Of a stretch of 32,000 nucleotides of DNA, positions 9,972 to 20,007 are shown one piece after another; positions within the stretch are counted from its first letter, which is position 1; every line of letters begins with the position of its first letter. The stretch covers positions 27,688-59,687 of the forward strand of contig CP099826.1 in NCBI GenBank assembly GCA_029851245.1, written 5' to 3'. The notes beneath the pieces are model-generated. The model saw only the letters and a list, made by a program, of their open reading frames with translations, did no database searches and was not told the DNA's origin. The translations under genes and the position numbers were made by a program. This stretch comes from Candidatus Saccharimonadota bacterium (lineage in GTDB: Bacteria > Bacteroidota > Bacteroidia > Flavobacteriales > Blattabacteriaceae).

Positions 9972-11698
9972 TGAATAATAAAATAAAAAATAAAATTATA
10001 GATTTATCAAAAAAAATAAATTATTATAATTATAGATATTATATAATTAATAAACCGTTAATAGAAAATTATAAATATGATAAATTATTAAAAAAATTAA
10101 TAATATTAGAAAAAAAGTATAATTATTATTATAAAAATTCGCCAACAAAATCATTAAATAATAATTTATTTAAAAAAAAATTTTTAATAATTAAACATTA
10201 TTTTAAAATGTTTACTATTAAAAATGTTTATAATAAAAAAAATTTAATATTATGGAAAAATAAAATTGAAAAAAAAATAAATAAAAAAACTAATTATATA
10301 TGTGAATTTAAATATGATGGTATTGCAATTAGTATAATATATAAATATGGAAAAATAAAAAATGCTATTACTAGAGGTAATGGAAAATCTGGGAATGAAG
10401 TAATAAATAATGTAATTAATATTAGAAATATTCCAAAATATATAAATAAAATAAAAAATATTAAATTTTTTGATATAAAAGGTGAAATAGTAATTTCAAA
10501 AAAAAATTTTATAATTATTAATAATTATAAAAAAAAAAATAAAAAAAAAATATTTTCTCATCCAAGAAATGCAGTTAATGGAATAATACATACTAAAACT
10601 AAAAAAAATAATAAATTAATAAAATATTTAACATTTATACCATATTATATATATACAAAAAATAAAAATTTTTTAATAAAAATTAATAATCAATTAAAAT
10701 CAATAAAATATTTAGAATATTTAAATTTTAAATTTCAAAAAAAATCATATAAAATATGTAATAATGAAAAAGAAATATTAAAATATATAGGTTATTGGGA
10801 AAAAAATATAAATAAAAGTTTATATCCTATTGATGGTATAGTAATTAAAATAAATAGTTTTAAATTAAAAAATAAATTAAAAAATAATAATATATTTTAT
10901 AAATGGTGTATAGCATATAAATTTAAAGAAAAAAAATATATTACAAAAGTAAAAAAAATAATATTTTTAATAGGAAAAAGTGGAATAATAGTACCAGTAG
11001 TAAATTTTAAAAATATAATAATTGATGGTACTATTATTAAAAAAGCGACTTTATACAATAGTAATATTTTTGAAAAATATAATTTATCAATAAATGATAA
11101 AATAGTAATTATAAAATCTGGCAATATAATACCGAAAATAATAAAAAATTTAAATAATAAAAAATATTATAATTATAAAAATATTAATTTTCCATTATAT
11201 TGTCCTTGTTGTAATATTTTTTTAGAAAAAAAAAATAAAATTTTATATTGTAAAAATGAAAATTGTAATATAAAAAGAATAGAAAAAATAAAATATTTTA
11301 TAAAAATAATGAATATAAAAATTAATAAAAATATAATTAATAAATTATTATTAAATAATAAATTAAAAAATATTACATATATATATAAATTAAAAATAAA
11401 AGATTTATTGTTAATAAATGTAACTAAAAAAGAATCTATTAGAATAATAAATGAAATAAAAGATTCAAAAAATAATAAATATTATAAAATATTATTATCA
11501 TTAAATATACCAGGAATAGGAAAATATATAATTTATAAAATAAAAAATAAATATAATAATATTAAAGAATTATTATATGATATAAAAAATAATATAATAA
11601 ATATTTTAAATAAAAATAATATTAATAATATAAAAACTTATTTTAAAAAAAATATTAATATTATTAAAAAATTAAGAAAAATAGGTTTAAAAATATGA
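9971..11698 (+). CDS. ligA: NAD-dependent DNA ligase LigA (short form, apparently no BRCT domain)
   Basis: 575 aa. N-terminal YYNYRYYIINKPLIENYKYDKLLKKL (Ia domain), adenylation motif CEFKYDGIAIS, TRGNGKSGNEV, zinc finger CPCC...CKNENC, then an HhH-like region (LNIPGIGKY). The ATG overlaps the prmC TAA (TAATG). The TGA stop sits in an ATGA overlap with truA. Confidence 0.88.
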   Translation: MNNKIKNKIIDLSKKINYYNYRYYIINKPLIENYKYDKLLKKLIILEKKYNYYYKNSPTKSLNNNLFKKKFLIIKHYFKMFTIKNVYNKKNLILWKNKIEKKINKKTNYICEFKYDGIAISIIYKYGKIKNAITRGNGKSGNEVINNVINIRNIPKYINKIKNIKFFDIKGEIVISKKNFIIINNYKKKNKKKIFSHPRNAVNGIIHTKTKKNNKLIKYLTFIPYYIYTKNKNFLIKINNQLKSIKYLEYLNFKFQKKSYKICNNEKEILKYIGYWEKNINKSLYPIDGIVIKINSFKLKNKLKNNNIFYKWCIAYKFKEKKYITKVKKIIFLIGKSGIIVPVVNFKNIIIDGTIIKKATLYNSNIFEKYNLSINDKIVIIKSGNIIPKIIKNLNNKKYYNYKNINFPLYCPCCNIFLEKKNKILYCKNENCNIKRIEKIKYFIKIMNIKINKNIINKLLLNNKLKNITYIYKLKIKDLLLINVTKKESIRIINEIKDSKNNKYYKILLSLNIPGIGKYIIYKIKNKYNNIKELLYDIKNNIINILNKNNINNIKTYFKKNINIIKKLRKIGLKI

Positions 11699-12450
11699 AA
11701 TATTTTATAAAATTATCATATAATGGGAATAATTATAATGGTTGGCAAAAACAAAAAAATACTAAATTTACTATACAAGAAGAAATAGAAAATAAAATTT
11801 CAATAATATTAAAAAAAAAAATTAATATTATAGGATGCAGTAGAACAGATAGTGGAGTACATGCAAATATAATGTATGCGCATTTTAATTACAAAAAAAA
11901 AATTAATAAAAAAATATTTATATATAAAATAAATATATTAATATCATTTAATATAGTAATATATAAGATATTTAAAGTAAATAATAAAATACATGCTAGA
12001 TTTAATGCAAAATTTAGAGAATATAAATATATAATATCATATAAAAAATATCCATTTTATAAAAATTTATATTGGTATTGGAATTATAAAAATAAATTAA
12101 ATATAAAATTAATGAATAAAGCAATAAAAATAATAATAAATAGAAAAAATTTTTATTTATTTACTAAAATTAAAAAAAATAATATAAATAACAATTATAA
12201 TTGTAATATATATTATGCATATTGGAAAAAATATAAAAATTATATATTTTTTTATATTAAATCAAATAGATTTTTAAGGAAAATGGTAAGATATATTATA
12301 TCTATTTGTATAGAAGTAGGAATAAAAAAAATAAATATTAAGGAATTAAAAGAAAAAATAAAAAAAAAAAAAATATTTTTTAATATTAATGTACCAGCAT
12401 ATGGTTTATATTTAAATAAAATAAAATATAAAAAAAATATTAATTTATAA
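11695..12450 (+). CDS. truA: tRNA pseudouridine(38-40) synthase TruA
   Basis: 251 aa. KLSYNGNNYNGWQKQ and catalytic GCSRTDSGVHA motif. FLRKMVRYII near the C-terminus. Confidence 0.88.
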   Translation: MKYFIKLSYNGNNYNGWQKQKNTKFTIQEEIENKISIILKKKINIIGCSRTDSGVHANIMYAHFNYKKKINKKIFIYKINILISFNIVIYKIFKVNNKIHARFNAKFREYKYIISYKKYPFYKNLYWYWNYKNKLNIKLMNKAIKIIINRKNFYLFTKIKKNNINNNYNCNIYYAYWKKYKNYIFFYIKSNRFLRKMVRYIISICIEVGIKKINIKELKEKIKKKKIFFNINVPAYGLYLNKIKYKKNINL

Positions 12451-12630
12451 TTTTTTTATTATAATTTTATTTTTATAATAAATAATATTATTATAAATAA
12501 TTATATTATGAAAATTAATATATTTATTTAAATTTTTATTATAAAATAAAGGTAATAAATAATTATTATTATTTTTTGAAAATCTTATTTTTTTTTTATA
12601 AACAGATTTTTTTTTTTTTGGATGTGCCAT
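12445..12630 (-). CDS. rpmF: 50S ribosomal protein L32
   Basis: 61 aa. The MAHPKKKKSVYKKK N-terminus matches the Bacteroidota-type L32 start (MAHPKRR.SK). It lies downstream of a DUF177/YceD-like gene, the conserved arrangement. The C-terminal half is very drifted and has no cysteines. Confidence 0.75.
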   Translation of the reverse strand: MAHPKKKKSVYKKKIRFSKNNNNYLLPLFYNKNLNKYINFHNIIIYNNIIYYKNKIIIKKL

Positions 12631-12689
12631 ATTAATATATAAATATTATTATATTATAATATAAAAAAAATTATATTTAATAATATAAA

Positions 12690-13112
12690 TTAAAAAAATA
12701 ATTTTTTTTTAATTTTAGGATAAATTTTTTTAATAGGTATCATAAATAAAATACTTTCATAAATATATTGTGAAATATTAATAATTTTATAATTATAAGG
12801 TAACATAAAAGAATTATCATTTTCTATAATATATTTTTTATTATAAAAAAAAATGTTTAATATTTTTTTATTTTTAATTTTAAAATTAAATTTTTTATAA
12901 GTAATATCACAAAATAATGTAATTTTACCTATAAAATTAAATTTAAATATAAAATAATTATTAATATATTTTTTATTTAAAAAAATATTAATATTAGGAT
13001 TTTTAAAATCATTATAATTATATTTAAATAAATTAAAAAAATTTTTATTTATTTTAAAAAAAAAATTTTCATTATTATTAATTAAAGAAATATTAAATGT
13101 ATTTTTATTCAT
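12690..13112 (-). CDS. YceD/DUF177-family protein (large-subunit rRNA accumulation protein)
   Basis: 140 aa. Conserved synteny directly upstream of rpmF. ITLFCDITYKKFNF resembles the DUF177 v.l.C.RCL... segment. INISQYIYESILFMIPIKKIYP resembles iDL.e.v.E.l.L.lP.k.l. Confidence 0.55.
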   Translation of the reverse strand: MNKNTFNISLINNNENFFFKINKNFFNLFKYNYNDFKNPNINIFLNKKYINNYFIFKFNFIGKITLFCDITYKKFNFKIKNKKILNIFFYNKKYIIENDNSFMLPYNYKIINISQYIYESILFMIPIKKIYPKIKKKLFF

Positions 13113-13113
13113 A

Positions 13114-14052
13114 TTATTTATAATTTAAAAGATAATTTTCAACGTCTAATGCTGCCATACATCCAGAACCAGCAGAAGTAATAGCTTGTTTATATTTACT
13201 GTCTTGTACATCTCCAGCAGCAAATATACCAGGTATATTAGTATTAGTAGATTTATTATTAGTAATTATATATCCATTATTATCCATTTTAATTTTATTT
13301 TTAAATATTAATGTATTTGGAATACTACCAATAGATATAAAGATTCCAGAAATTTTTAATTTTTTTTTAATTAAATTAATATTATTAATTAAAATAATAT
13401 ATTTAATTATTTTTTTACCATATATTTTTTTAATTTCATAATTAAATAATATAATAATATTTTTTATTTTAAAAATAATATTTTGTAAATTTTTTGATGC
13501 TTTTAATTTATTATTTCTAACTATTAAATATATTTTATTACATATTTTAGATAAATAAATAGAATTTTCTAAAGCTAAATTACCGCCACCTATAATAGCA
13601 ACATTTTTATTTTTATAAAAAATACCATCACATATTGCACAATAAGAAATACCATATCCTAAATAATTATTTTCATATTTAATATTTAATTTTTTAGGAA
13701 TTGATCCAGTAGCAATAATTATAGTTTTAGTAAATATTTTTTTTTTATTATTTGTATATAAAATATGTAAATTATTTTTTAATTTTGAAAATATAACTTT
13801 TATAATGGTATTATATTTAATAATACTACCAAATTTAATAGCCTGTTTAGACATTTCTTTCATTAATTTAATACCTAGTATACCTTTTGAAAAACCAGGA
13901 TAATTTTCTATAATATTAGTATTTATTAATTGTCCACCTGGTAAATCCCCAGTATATAATATATGTTTTATATTAGATCTTGCTAAATATATAGCTGCTG
14001 AATATCCAGCTGGTCCAGAACCAATAATAATATTATCTATAATTTTTATCAT
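13114..14052 (-). CDS. trxB: Thioredoxin-disulfide reductase
   Basis: 312 aa. FAD site IIGSGPAGYSAAIY, redox-active CAICDG, NADPH site IIGGGNLALE, C-terminal GIFAAGDVQD...QAITSAGSGCMAALD. Confidence 0.93.
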   Translation of the reverse strand: MIKIIDNIIIGSGPAGYSAAIYLARSNIKHILYTGDLPGGQLINTNIIENYPGFSKGILGIKLMKEMSKQAIKFGSIIKYNTIIKVIFSKLKNNLHILYTNNKKKIFTKTIIIATGSIPKKLNIKYENNYLGYGISYCAICDGIFYKNKNVAIIGGGNLALENSIYLSKICNKIYLIVRNNKLKASKNLQNIIFKIKNIIILFNYEIKKIYGKKIIKYIILINNINLIKKKLKISGIFISIGSIPNTLIFKNKIKMDNNGYIITNNKSTNTNIPGIFAAGDVQDSKYKQAITSAGSGCMAALDVENYLLNYK

Positions 14053-14194
14053 TTCATTATATAAGTAATAATAATATAAATTAAAAAATTTATTAATAAA
14101 TTATATATATTAATAATTTATATATATTATATATATTATATAAATAAAATTATATATATAAAAAATTATATATATTTATATAATTAATATTTAA

Positions 14195-15460
14195 ATGTTA
14201 AAAAATAATTATAAGGAAATTGAAAAAAAAAAAATACAAGAATTATATAAAATAGCAAAAAAATTAAAAATTAAAAATTATTCAAAATATAAAAAAAATA
14301 AATTAATTAATAAAATAATAAATTATAAAAAAAAAAAAACAGAAAATTTTAAAGGTATAATTAGTGAAGGAGTATTAGAAATAATTAATAATGATAATTA
14401 TGGTTTTTTAAGATCATATAATTATAATTATATTACTTCACCTGATGATATTTATGTATCAAAATCTAAAATTAAAAAATTTTGTTTAAAAAATGGAGAT
14501 ACTATAAAAGGAATAATAAGATTACCAAAAAATGGAGAAAAATATTTTAAATTAATAAAAATAAAAAAAATTAATGAAGTAAATACATCATGTATAAAAG
14601 AAAGATTTACATTTGAAAATTTAATACCTTTATTTCCAAATAAAAAATTTAATTTATCTGGTAAAAATTCTTCAATTTCGACAAGAATTATAGATTTATT
14701 TGCCCCTATAGGAAAAGGACAAAGAGCATTATTTGTAGCACCTCCTAAAACAGGAAAAACTAATTTATTAAAAGATTGTGCTAATTGTATAAGTATAAAT
14801 CATCCTGAAGTATATTTAATAGTATTATTAATAGATGAAAGACCTGAAGAAGTAACAGATATGAAGAGAAGTGTTAAGGGTGAAGTAATATCATCTACAT
14901 TTGATGAACATCCTGAAAAACATGTTAAAGTAGCTAATATAGTATTAAATAAAGCAATGAGAATGGTAGAATGTGGACATGATGTAATAATATTATTGGA
15001 TTCAATTACTAGATTAGCAAGAGCATATAATACAATTACCCCAACTTCTGGAAGAATATTATCAGGTGGAATAGATTCTAATGCATTACAAAAACCTAAA
15101 AAATTTTTTGGTTCTGCAAGAAATATTGAAAATGGTGGTTCTTTAACTATAATAGCTACTGCTATGATAGAAACTGGATCAAAAATGGATGAAGTAATAT
15201 TTGAAGAATTTAAAGGTACAGGAAATATGGAATTACAATTAAGTAGAAAAATAGCTAATAAAAGAATATTTCCAGCAATTGATTTAATAAATTCAAGTAC
15301 TAGAAGGGAAGAATTATTATTAGATAAATATACTTTAAATAAAATTTCAATTTTAAGAAAATATATATCAGAAATAAATTCTGTAGAAGCTATAGAATTT
15401 ATTATAGAAAAAATAATAAATACTAAAAATAATAAAGAATTTTTAAAATATATAAAATAA
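14195..15460 (+). CDS. rho: Transcription termination factor Rho
   Basis: 421 aa. N-terminal [25 protein letters not shown]1-like YGFLRS, Walker [67 protein letters not shown]. This is one of the least drifted proteins in the window. Confidence 0.96.
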   Translation: MLKNNYKEIEKKKIQELYKIAKKLKIKNYSKYKKNKLINKIINYKKKKTENFKGIISEGVLEIINNDNYGFLRSYNYNYITSPDDIYVSKSKIKKFCLKNGDTIKGIIRLPKNGEKYFKLIKIKKINEVNTSCIKERFTFENLIPLFPNKKFNLSGKNSSISTRIIDLFAPIGKGQRALFVAPPKTGKTNLLKDCANCISINHPEVYLIVLLIDERPEEVTDMKRSVKGEVISSTFDEHPEKHVKVANIVLNKAMRMVECGHDVIILLDSITRLARAYNTITPTSGRILSGGIDSNALQKPKKFFGSARNIENGGSLTIIATAMIETGSKMDEVIFEEFKGTGNMELQLSRKIANKRIFPAIDLINSSTRREELLLDKYTLNKISILRKYISEINSVEAIEFIIEKIINTKNNKEFLKYIK

Positions 15461-15501
15461 AAAGATAAATTATTTAATATTTTAATTATATTTTATTAAA
15501 T

Positions 15502-16959
15502 TTATTTCATTTGTGGAAATAATATTACTTCTTGTATATTATTATTATTAGTAAATAAAGCAATTAATCTATCAATACCAATACCTATACCTACTGTAGG
15601 TGGCATACCTATTTTTAATGCTTTTATAAAATCTTTATCAATATTTTTTTTATTTTGTTTTTTAAATCTATTTAATTGTTCTATAGGATCATTTAATTCT
15701 GAATAAGCATTAGCAATTTCTATACCATTTATATATAATTCAAATCTTTCAGTTAATAAAGAATTATTATTTTTACATTTTGCTAATGGACTCATATATT
15801 TAGGATAATCATAAATAAAGGTAGGAGATTTAATATTATTTTTACATAATAAATTAAATATATTATCAATAATTTTATCTTTATTATAATTTTTATTAAT
15901 TTTAATATTTAAAATATTAGATAATTTAATTAATTTTTTTTTTGATGTATTTTCATTAATTTTAAAATTAATATATTTATTAATAAAATTAAAAAATTTA
16001 ATTTTTTTAAATTTATTAGTAAAATTAATAATATTAATATTATTTATTTTTAAAATTTTTTTATAAATATAATTAAATAATTTTTTAATAAATTTCATCA
16101 TCCATATATAATTTTTATATGGTATATAAAATTCTAAAATTGTAAATTCTGGATTATGAATTTTATCTATACTTTCATTTCTAAAATTTCTAGAAAATTC
16201 ATATACTCCTTTAAAACCACCAACAATTAATTTTTTTAAAAATAATTCATTAGAAATTCTTAAATAATAATATTTTTTAAATTTATTATGATAAGTAATA
16301 AATGGTTTTGCATTAGCACCTCCTGGAATATTTTGTAATATTGGTGTATCTACTTCTATTAAATTAATTTTATTTAAAAATTTTCTAATATAATTTATAA
16401 TTAATGTTCTAATAATAAAATTTTTTTTAATATTATTATTAATTATAAGATCTATATATCTCATTCTATATCTTTTTTCTTTATTTTTAAATTTATAATA
16501 AATTTTATTATTTTTAATTTTAATATTAGGAATTGGATAAATAGATTTAGATAATAAAATTATTTTATTAATTAATATTGTATATTCTTTAACTTTAGTT
16601 AAAAATAATTTTCCTTTTACATATATAATATCACCTATATCTAAATATTTTTTAAATAAATTAATATAATATTTATTATTTTTATATTTTATATTTAAAT
16701 TATTAATATTATAATATAATTGTATTATATAATCACTATAATCTTTAATATCTATAAAGGAAGAATTTTTCATATTTCTAATATTAATAATTCTCCCAGT
16801 AATAATTAAAATTTTATTATTATTAATAAGAAAATTTTTATTATTTAATATTTTTTTTATATTATAATTAATTTTATAAATTTTAGAAGGATAAGGATTA
16901 ATACCTAATAATTTTATTTTTTTTAATTTTTTAATTCTATTAATTTCTTGATAATTCAT
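15502..16959 (-). CDS. lysS: Lysine--tRNA ligase (class II)
   Basis: 485 aa. OB-fold N-domain (ITGRIINIRNM), motif 2 region EFSRNFRNESIDKIHNPEFTILEFY, ERFELYINGIEIANAYSELNDP, motif 3 GIGIGIDRLIALFT. Confidence 0.93.
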   Translation of the reverse strand: MNYQEINRIKKLKKIKLLGINPYPSKIYKINYNIKKILNNKNFLINNNKILIITGRIINIRNMKNSSFIDIKDYSDYIIQLYYNINNLNIKYKNNKYYINLFKKYLDIGDIIYVKGKLFLTKVKEYTILINKIILLSKSIYPIPNIKIKNNKIYYKFKNKEKRYRMRYIDLIINNNIKKNFIIRTLIINYIRKFLNKINLIEVDTPILQNIPGGANAKPFITYHNKFKKYYYLRISNELFLKKLIVGGFKGVYEFSRNFRNESIDKIHNPEFTILEFYIPYKNYIWMMKFIKKLFNYIYKKILKINNINIINFTNKFKKIKFFNFINKYINFKINENTSKKKLIKLSNILNIKINKNYNKDKIIDNIFNLLCKNNIKSPTFIYDYPKYMSPLAKCKNNNSLLTERFELYINGIEIANAYSELNDPIEQLNRFKKQNKKNIDKDFIKALKIGMPPTVGIGIGIDRLIALFTNNNNIQEVILFPQMK

Positions 16960-17006
16960 ATTATTAATTTAATATAATATAATTAAAATTATAAATTATT
17001 ATTATT

Positions 17007-17342
17007 ATGTTATTAAAAAAAAAAAAATTAAATAATAAAGAAATAAAAACATTATTTAAAATAGGAAATAAAATATTTATAAATATAATTAATATAATAT
17101 ATAAAAAAAAAGATAAAAATAAATTTATAGTAATTATACCAAAAAAAAATATTAATAAATCTTATAAGAGAAATAAAATAAAAAGATTAATATATAATAT
17201 TTATAAAAATTTTATAAAATTTAAATATAAAAATAATAAAAATTATTATATAATAATAATATATAAAATAAATATAATTTTAAAATTTAAAATTTTAAAA
17301 AAATATATAATTTCAAATTTAAAAAAAATATATGATAAATAA
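17007..17342 (+). CDS. rnpA: Ribonuclease P protein component
   Basis: 111 aa, very basic. FIVIIPKKNINKSYKRNKIKRLIYNIY parallels the RnpA RNR motif (..vsKK.g.AV.RNr.KR..Re). It overlaps the pth start by 11 nt. Confidence 0.6.
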   Translation: MLLKKKKLNNKEIKTLFKIGNKIFINIINIIYKKKDKNKFIVIIPKKNINKSYKRNKIKRLIYNIYKNFIKFKYKNNKNYYIIIIYKINIILKFKILKKYIISNLKKIYDK

Positions 17343-17883
17343 TAATAATAATAAATATTTAATAATAGGAATAGGAAATCCAAATAAAAAATATAAATAT
17401 ACTAGACATAATATAGGAAATTTAATAGTAAAAAATTTATTATTTAATAAAAATAAAAAAGAAATAATAAATAATAAATATGGTAAAATATATATTGTAA
17501 AATATTATAAAATAAAATTATTATTATTATTTTCTAAAAATTATATTAATAAAATTGGTATTACAATAAAATATTTTTTTAAAAAATTAAAATTAAATAA
17601 TAATAATTTAATAATAATATCGGATGATATATATATGAAATTTGGAAAAGTAAAATTAAAATTTAAAGGTGGTTCTGGAGGACATAATGGATTAAAAAGT
17701 ATAGAAAATAATATTAATACTAAAAATTATATTAGAATTAAAATAGGAATAGGTAATAAATTTAAATATGGTAATCAAAATAAATATGTTTTAGAAAATT
17801 TTAATATAAATGAATTAAAAATAATATATAATAAAATATATTATTTAGTATATAATAAAATTATAAATATTATTAAATTTTAA
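17332..17883 (+). CDS. pth: Peptidyl-tRNA hydrolase
   Basis: 183 aa. LIIGIGNPNKKYKYTRHNIG (GLGNPG..Y..TRHN.G signature), IIISDDIYMKFGKVKLKFKGGSGGHNGLKSI. Confidence 0.9.
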   Translation: MINNNNNKYLIIGIGNPNKKYKYTRHNIGNLIVKNLLFNKNKKEIINNKYGKIYIVKYYKIKLLLLFSKNYINKIGITIKYFFKKLKLNNNNLIIISDDIYMKFGKVKLKFKGGSGGHNGLKSIENNINTKNYIRIKIGIGNKFKYGNQNKYVLENFNINELKIIYNKIYYLVYNKIINIIKF

Positions 17884-18961
17884 TTTTTTTAATTTTTAAA
17901 AAATTATCAATTATTAAATTAATTTCACCATTCATAATTTTATTTAAATTATATAATGTTAATTTAATTCTATGATCAGTAACTCTATTTTGAGGATAAT
18001 TATAAGTTCTAATTTTATTAGATCTATCACCAGTAGAAATAAATAATTTTCTTTTATCTTTAATATTTTTTTCTTTTTTATTTATTAAATAATTATATAA
18101 TTTTGATTTTAATATAGTAATTGCTTTTTCATAATTTTTATGTTGTGATCTTTCTTCTTGACATTCAACTGTAATTTTAGTAGGTAAATGTATCAATCTT
18201 ATAGCAGATTCAGTTTTATTAACATGTTGTCCACCAGCACCACTAGATTTAAATGTATATCTTTTAATATCAGATTTATTAATTTTAAAATTATCATTTA
18301 CTATTTTAGGTAAAACTACAACACTAATAGCTGAAGTATGTAATCTACCTTGTGTTTCAGTTTTAGGAATTCTTTGTACTCTATGTATTCCAGATTCATA
18401 TTTTAAATAATTATATATATTTTTTTTTTTAATATATAGAATTACTTCTCTATAACCATTATTAGTATTATTAATATTTAATATTTTAAAATTAATATTA
18501 TTTTTTTTAAAATACATAAAATACATTCTAAATATATCTTTTACAAATATACATGCTTCATCACCACCAGTACCTGAACGTATTTCTATTATAGCTCTAT
18601 TTATATTTTTTTTGGTTTTATTAAAATTTTTAATTTTTTTAATATAATAATAAATATTATTAATAATATTATTAATTTTATTTTTAATATTTTTAATATT
18701 ATTATTAATTTCTAATATTAAGGATTTATTAGTTTTAATTTTATTTTTATATTCATAATTATATAAATTATTTAATTCTTTAAAATTATTTTTATAATTT
18801 TTATATTTATTATAAAATTTATAAATATTATTTATTAAATTATATAATTTATAATCTGATTTATTTTTTAAATATTTTATTTTCCCTATAATAAAATTAT
18901 AAATTTTTTTATATTTAAAAAATATTTTTTTAACTATATAAGTAATATTATTTTTATTCAT
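17873..18961 (-). CDS. prfA: Peptide chain release factor 1
   Basis: 362 aa. RF1 tripeptide context RIPKTETQGRLHTSA (PxT), GGQ loop KSSGAGGQHVNKTESAIRLIHLPT, ERSQHKN. Confidence 0.93.
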   Translation of the reverse strand: MNKNNITYIVKKIFFKYKKIYNFIIGKIKYLKNKSDYKLYNLINNIYKFYNKYKNYKNNFKELNNLYNYEYKNKIKTNKSLILEINNNIKNIKNKINNIINNIYYYIKKIKNFNKTKKNINRAIIEIRSGTGGDEACIFVKDIFRMYFMYFKKNNINFKILNINNTNNGYREVILYIKKKNIYNYLKYESGIHRVQRIPKTETQGRLHTSAISVVVLPKIVNDNFKINKSDIKRYTFKSSGAGGQHVNKTESAIRLIHLPTKITVECQEERSQHKNYEKAITILKSKLYNYLINKKEKNIKDKRKLFISTGDRSNKIRTYNYPQNRVTDHRIKLTLYNLNKIMNGEINLIIDNFLKIKKIKI

Positions 18962-19000
18962 ATTTAATATTATTATTATAATAATATTTATATATTTTTT

Positions 19001-20005
19001 ATGGAAAAAAATATAATTAATAAATTAGATAAATATATTTTATATTTTAAAAAAATTAAAGTAAATAATAAATTAAAATTATTAAATATTAAAAAAAAAT
19101 TTTTAAATAAAAATGGTATAATTAATAATTATTTAAGTAAAATTAAAGAAATAAATAATAAAAAAGAATTTGGTATAAAAATTAATTATTTAAAAAATAA
19201 AATATTAAATATTATTAAAAGAAATAATAATAATAATAAAAAAAATTATAATATTAAAATAGATTATGATTATTTAAATTTAAAAAAATTTAAAAATAAT
19301 AATAAATTAGGATCTAAAAATCCAATTACAATTATAAAAGAAAAAATATTTAATTTATTAAATAATTTAAATTTTAATTATATAGAAAGTAATGAAATAG
19401 TAGATGATTGGAATAATTTTACAGCACTTAATTTTCCAAAATATCATCCTTCTAGAGATATGCAAGATACTTATTTTATAAATAATAAATATTTATTAAG
19501 AACACATACTACATCTATACAAATTAAATATATGATTAATAAAAAGCCACCAATAAAAATATTTACTATAGGTAAAGTATATAGAAATGAAACAATAACA
19601 AATAAATCATTTAATATGTTTCATCAAGTAGAAATATTTTATGTATATAAAAATGTAAATATAATAAATTTAAAAAATATTATAGAATATTTAATAAATA
19701 ATTTATTTAATAATAAATATAAATATAGATATAGATTTTCATATTTTCCATTTACTAATCCAAGTTTTGAAGTAGATATATATTATAATAAAAAATGGAT
19801 AGAAATTATAGGTTGTGGATTAATAAATAAAATAATATTAAAAAATGTAAATATTAATTATAATAAATATTCTGGATTTGCATTGGGAATAGGTATTGAA
19901 AGAATAGCAATGATAATATATAAAATAAAAGATATAAGAGAATTATTTAAAAATGATATTAGAATAATAAAACAATTTAAAAATAATATTTATTTAATTA
20001 AATAA
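19001..20005 (+). CDS. pheS: Phenylalanine--tRNA ligase alpha subunit
   Basis: 334 aa. NFPKYHPSRDMQDTYF, LRTHTTSIQ, GKVYRNE, FHQVE, FPFTNPSFEVD, SGFALGIGIERIAMI. Confidence 0.92.
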   Translation: MEKNIINKLDKYILYFKKIKVNNKLKLLNIKKKFLNKNGIINNYLSKIKEINNKKEFGIKINYLKNKILNIIKRNNNNNKKNYNIKIDYDYLNLKKFKNNNKLGSKNPITIIKEKIFNLLNNLNFNYIESNEIVDDWNNFTALNFPKYHPSRDMQDTYFINNKYLLRTHTTSIQIKYMINKKPPIKIFTIGKVYRNETITNKSFNMFHQVEIFYVYKNVNIINLKNIIEYLINNLFNNKYKYRYRFSYFPFTNPSFEVDIYYNKKWIEIIGCGLINKIILKNVNINYNKYSGFALGIGIERIAMIIYKIKDIRELFKNDIRIIKQFKNNIYLIK

Positions 20006-20007
20006 TA

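Noticed and set aside
10897-11124. 75-aa ORF on the minus strand inside ligA
   Set aside because: It is entirely antisense to a well-supported ligA segment. The F/I/L-rich hydrophobic low-complexity translation is what the reverse complement of K/N/I-rich coding sequence produces. There are no recognisable motifs.
14053-14194. The largest intergenic spacer (142 nt, trxB/rho divergent region), rich in TATATA-type repeats. Checked for CRISPR-like repeats, a small RNA or Bacteroidota promoter motifs (TTTG / TAnnTTTG)
   Set aside because: It contains only low-complexity TA repeats with no spacer-repeat periodicity. There are no G-containing promoter consensus matches and no conserved structure visible. 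It most likely holds divergent promoters that I cannot pinpoint.
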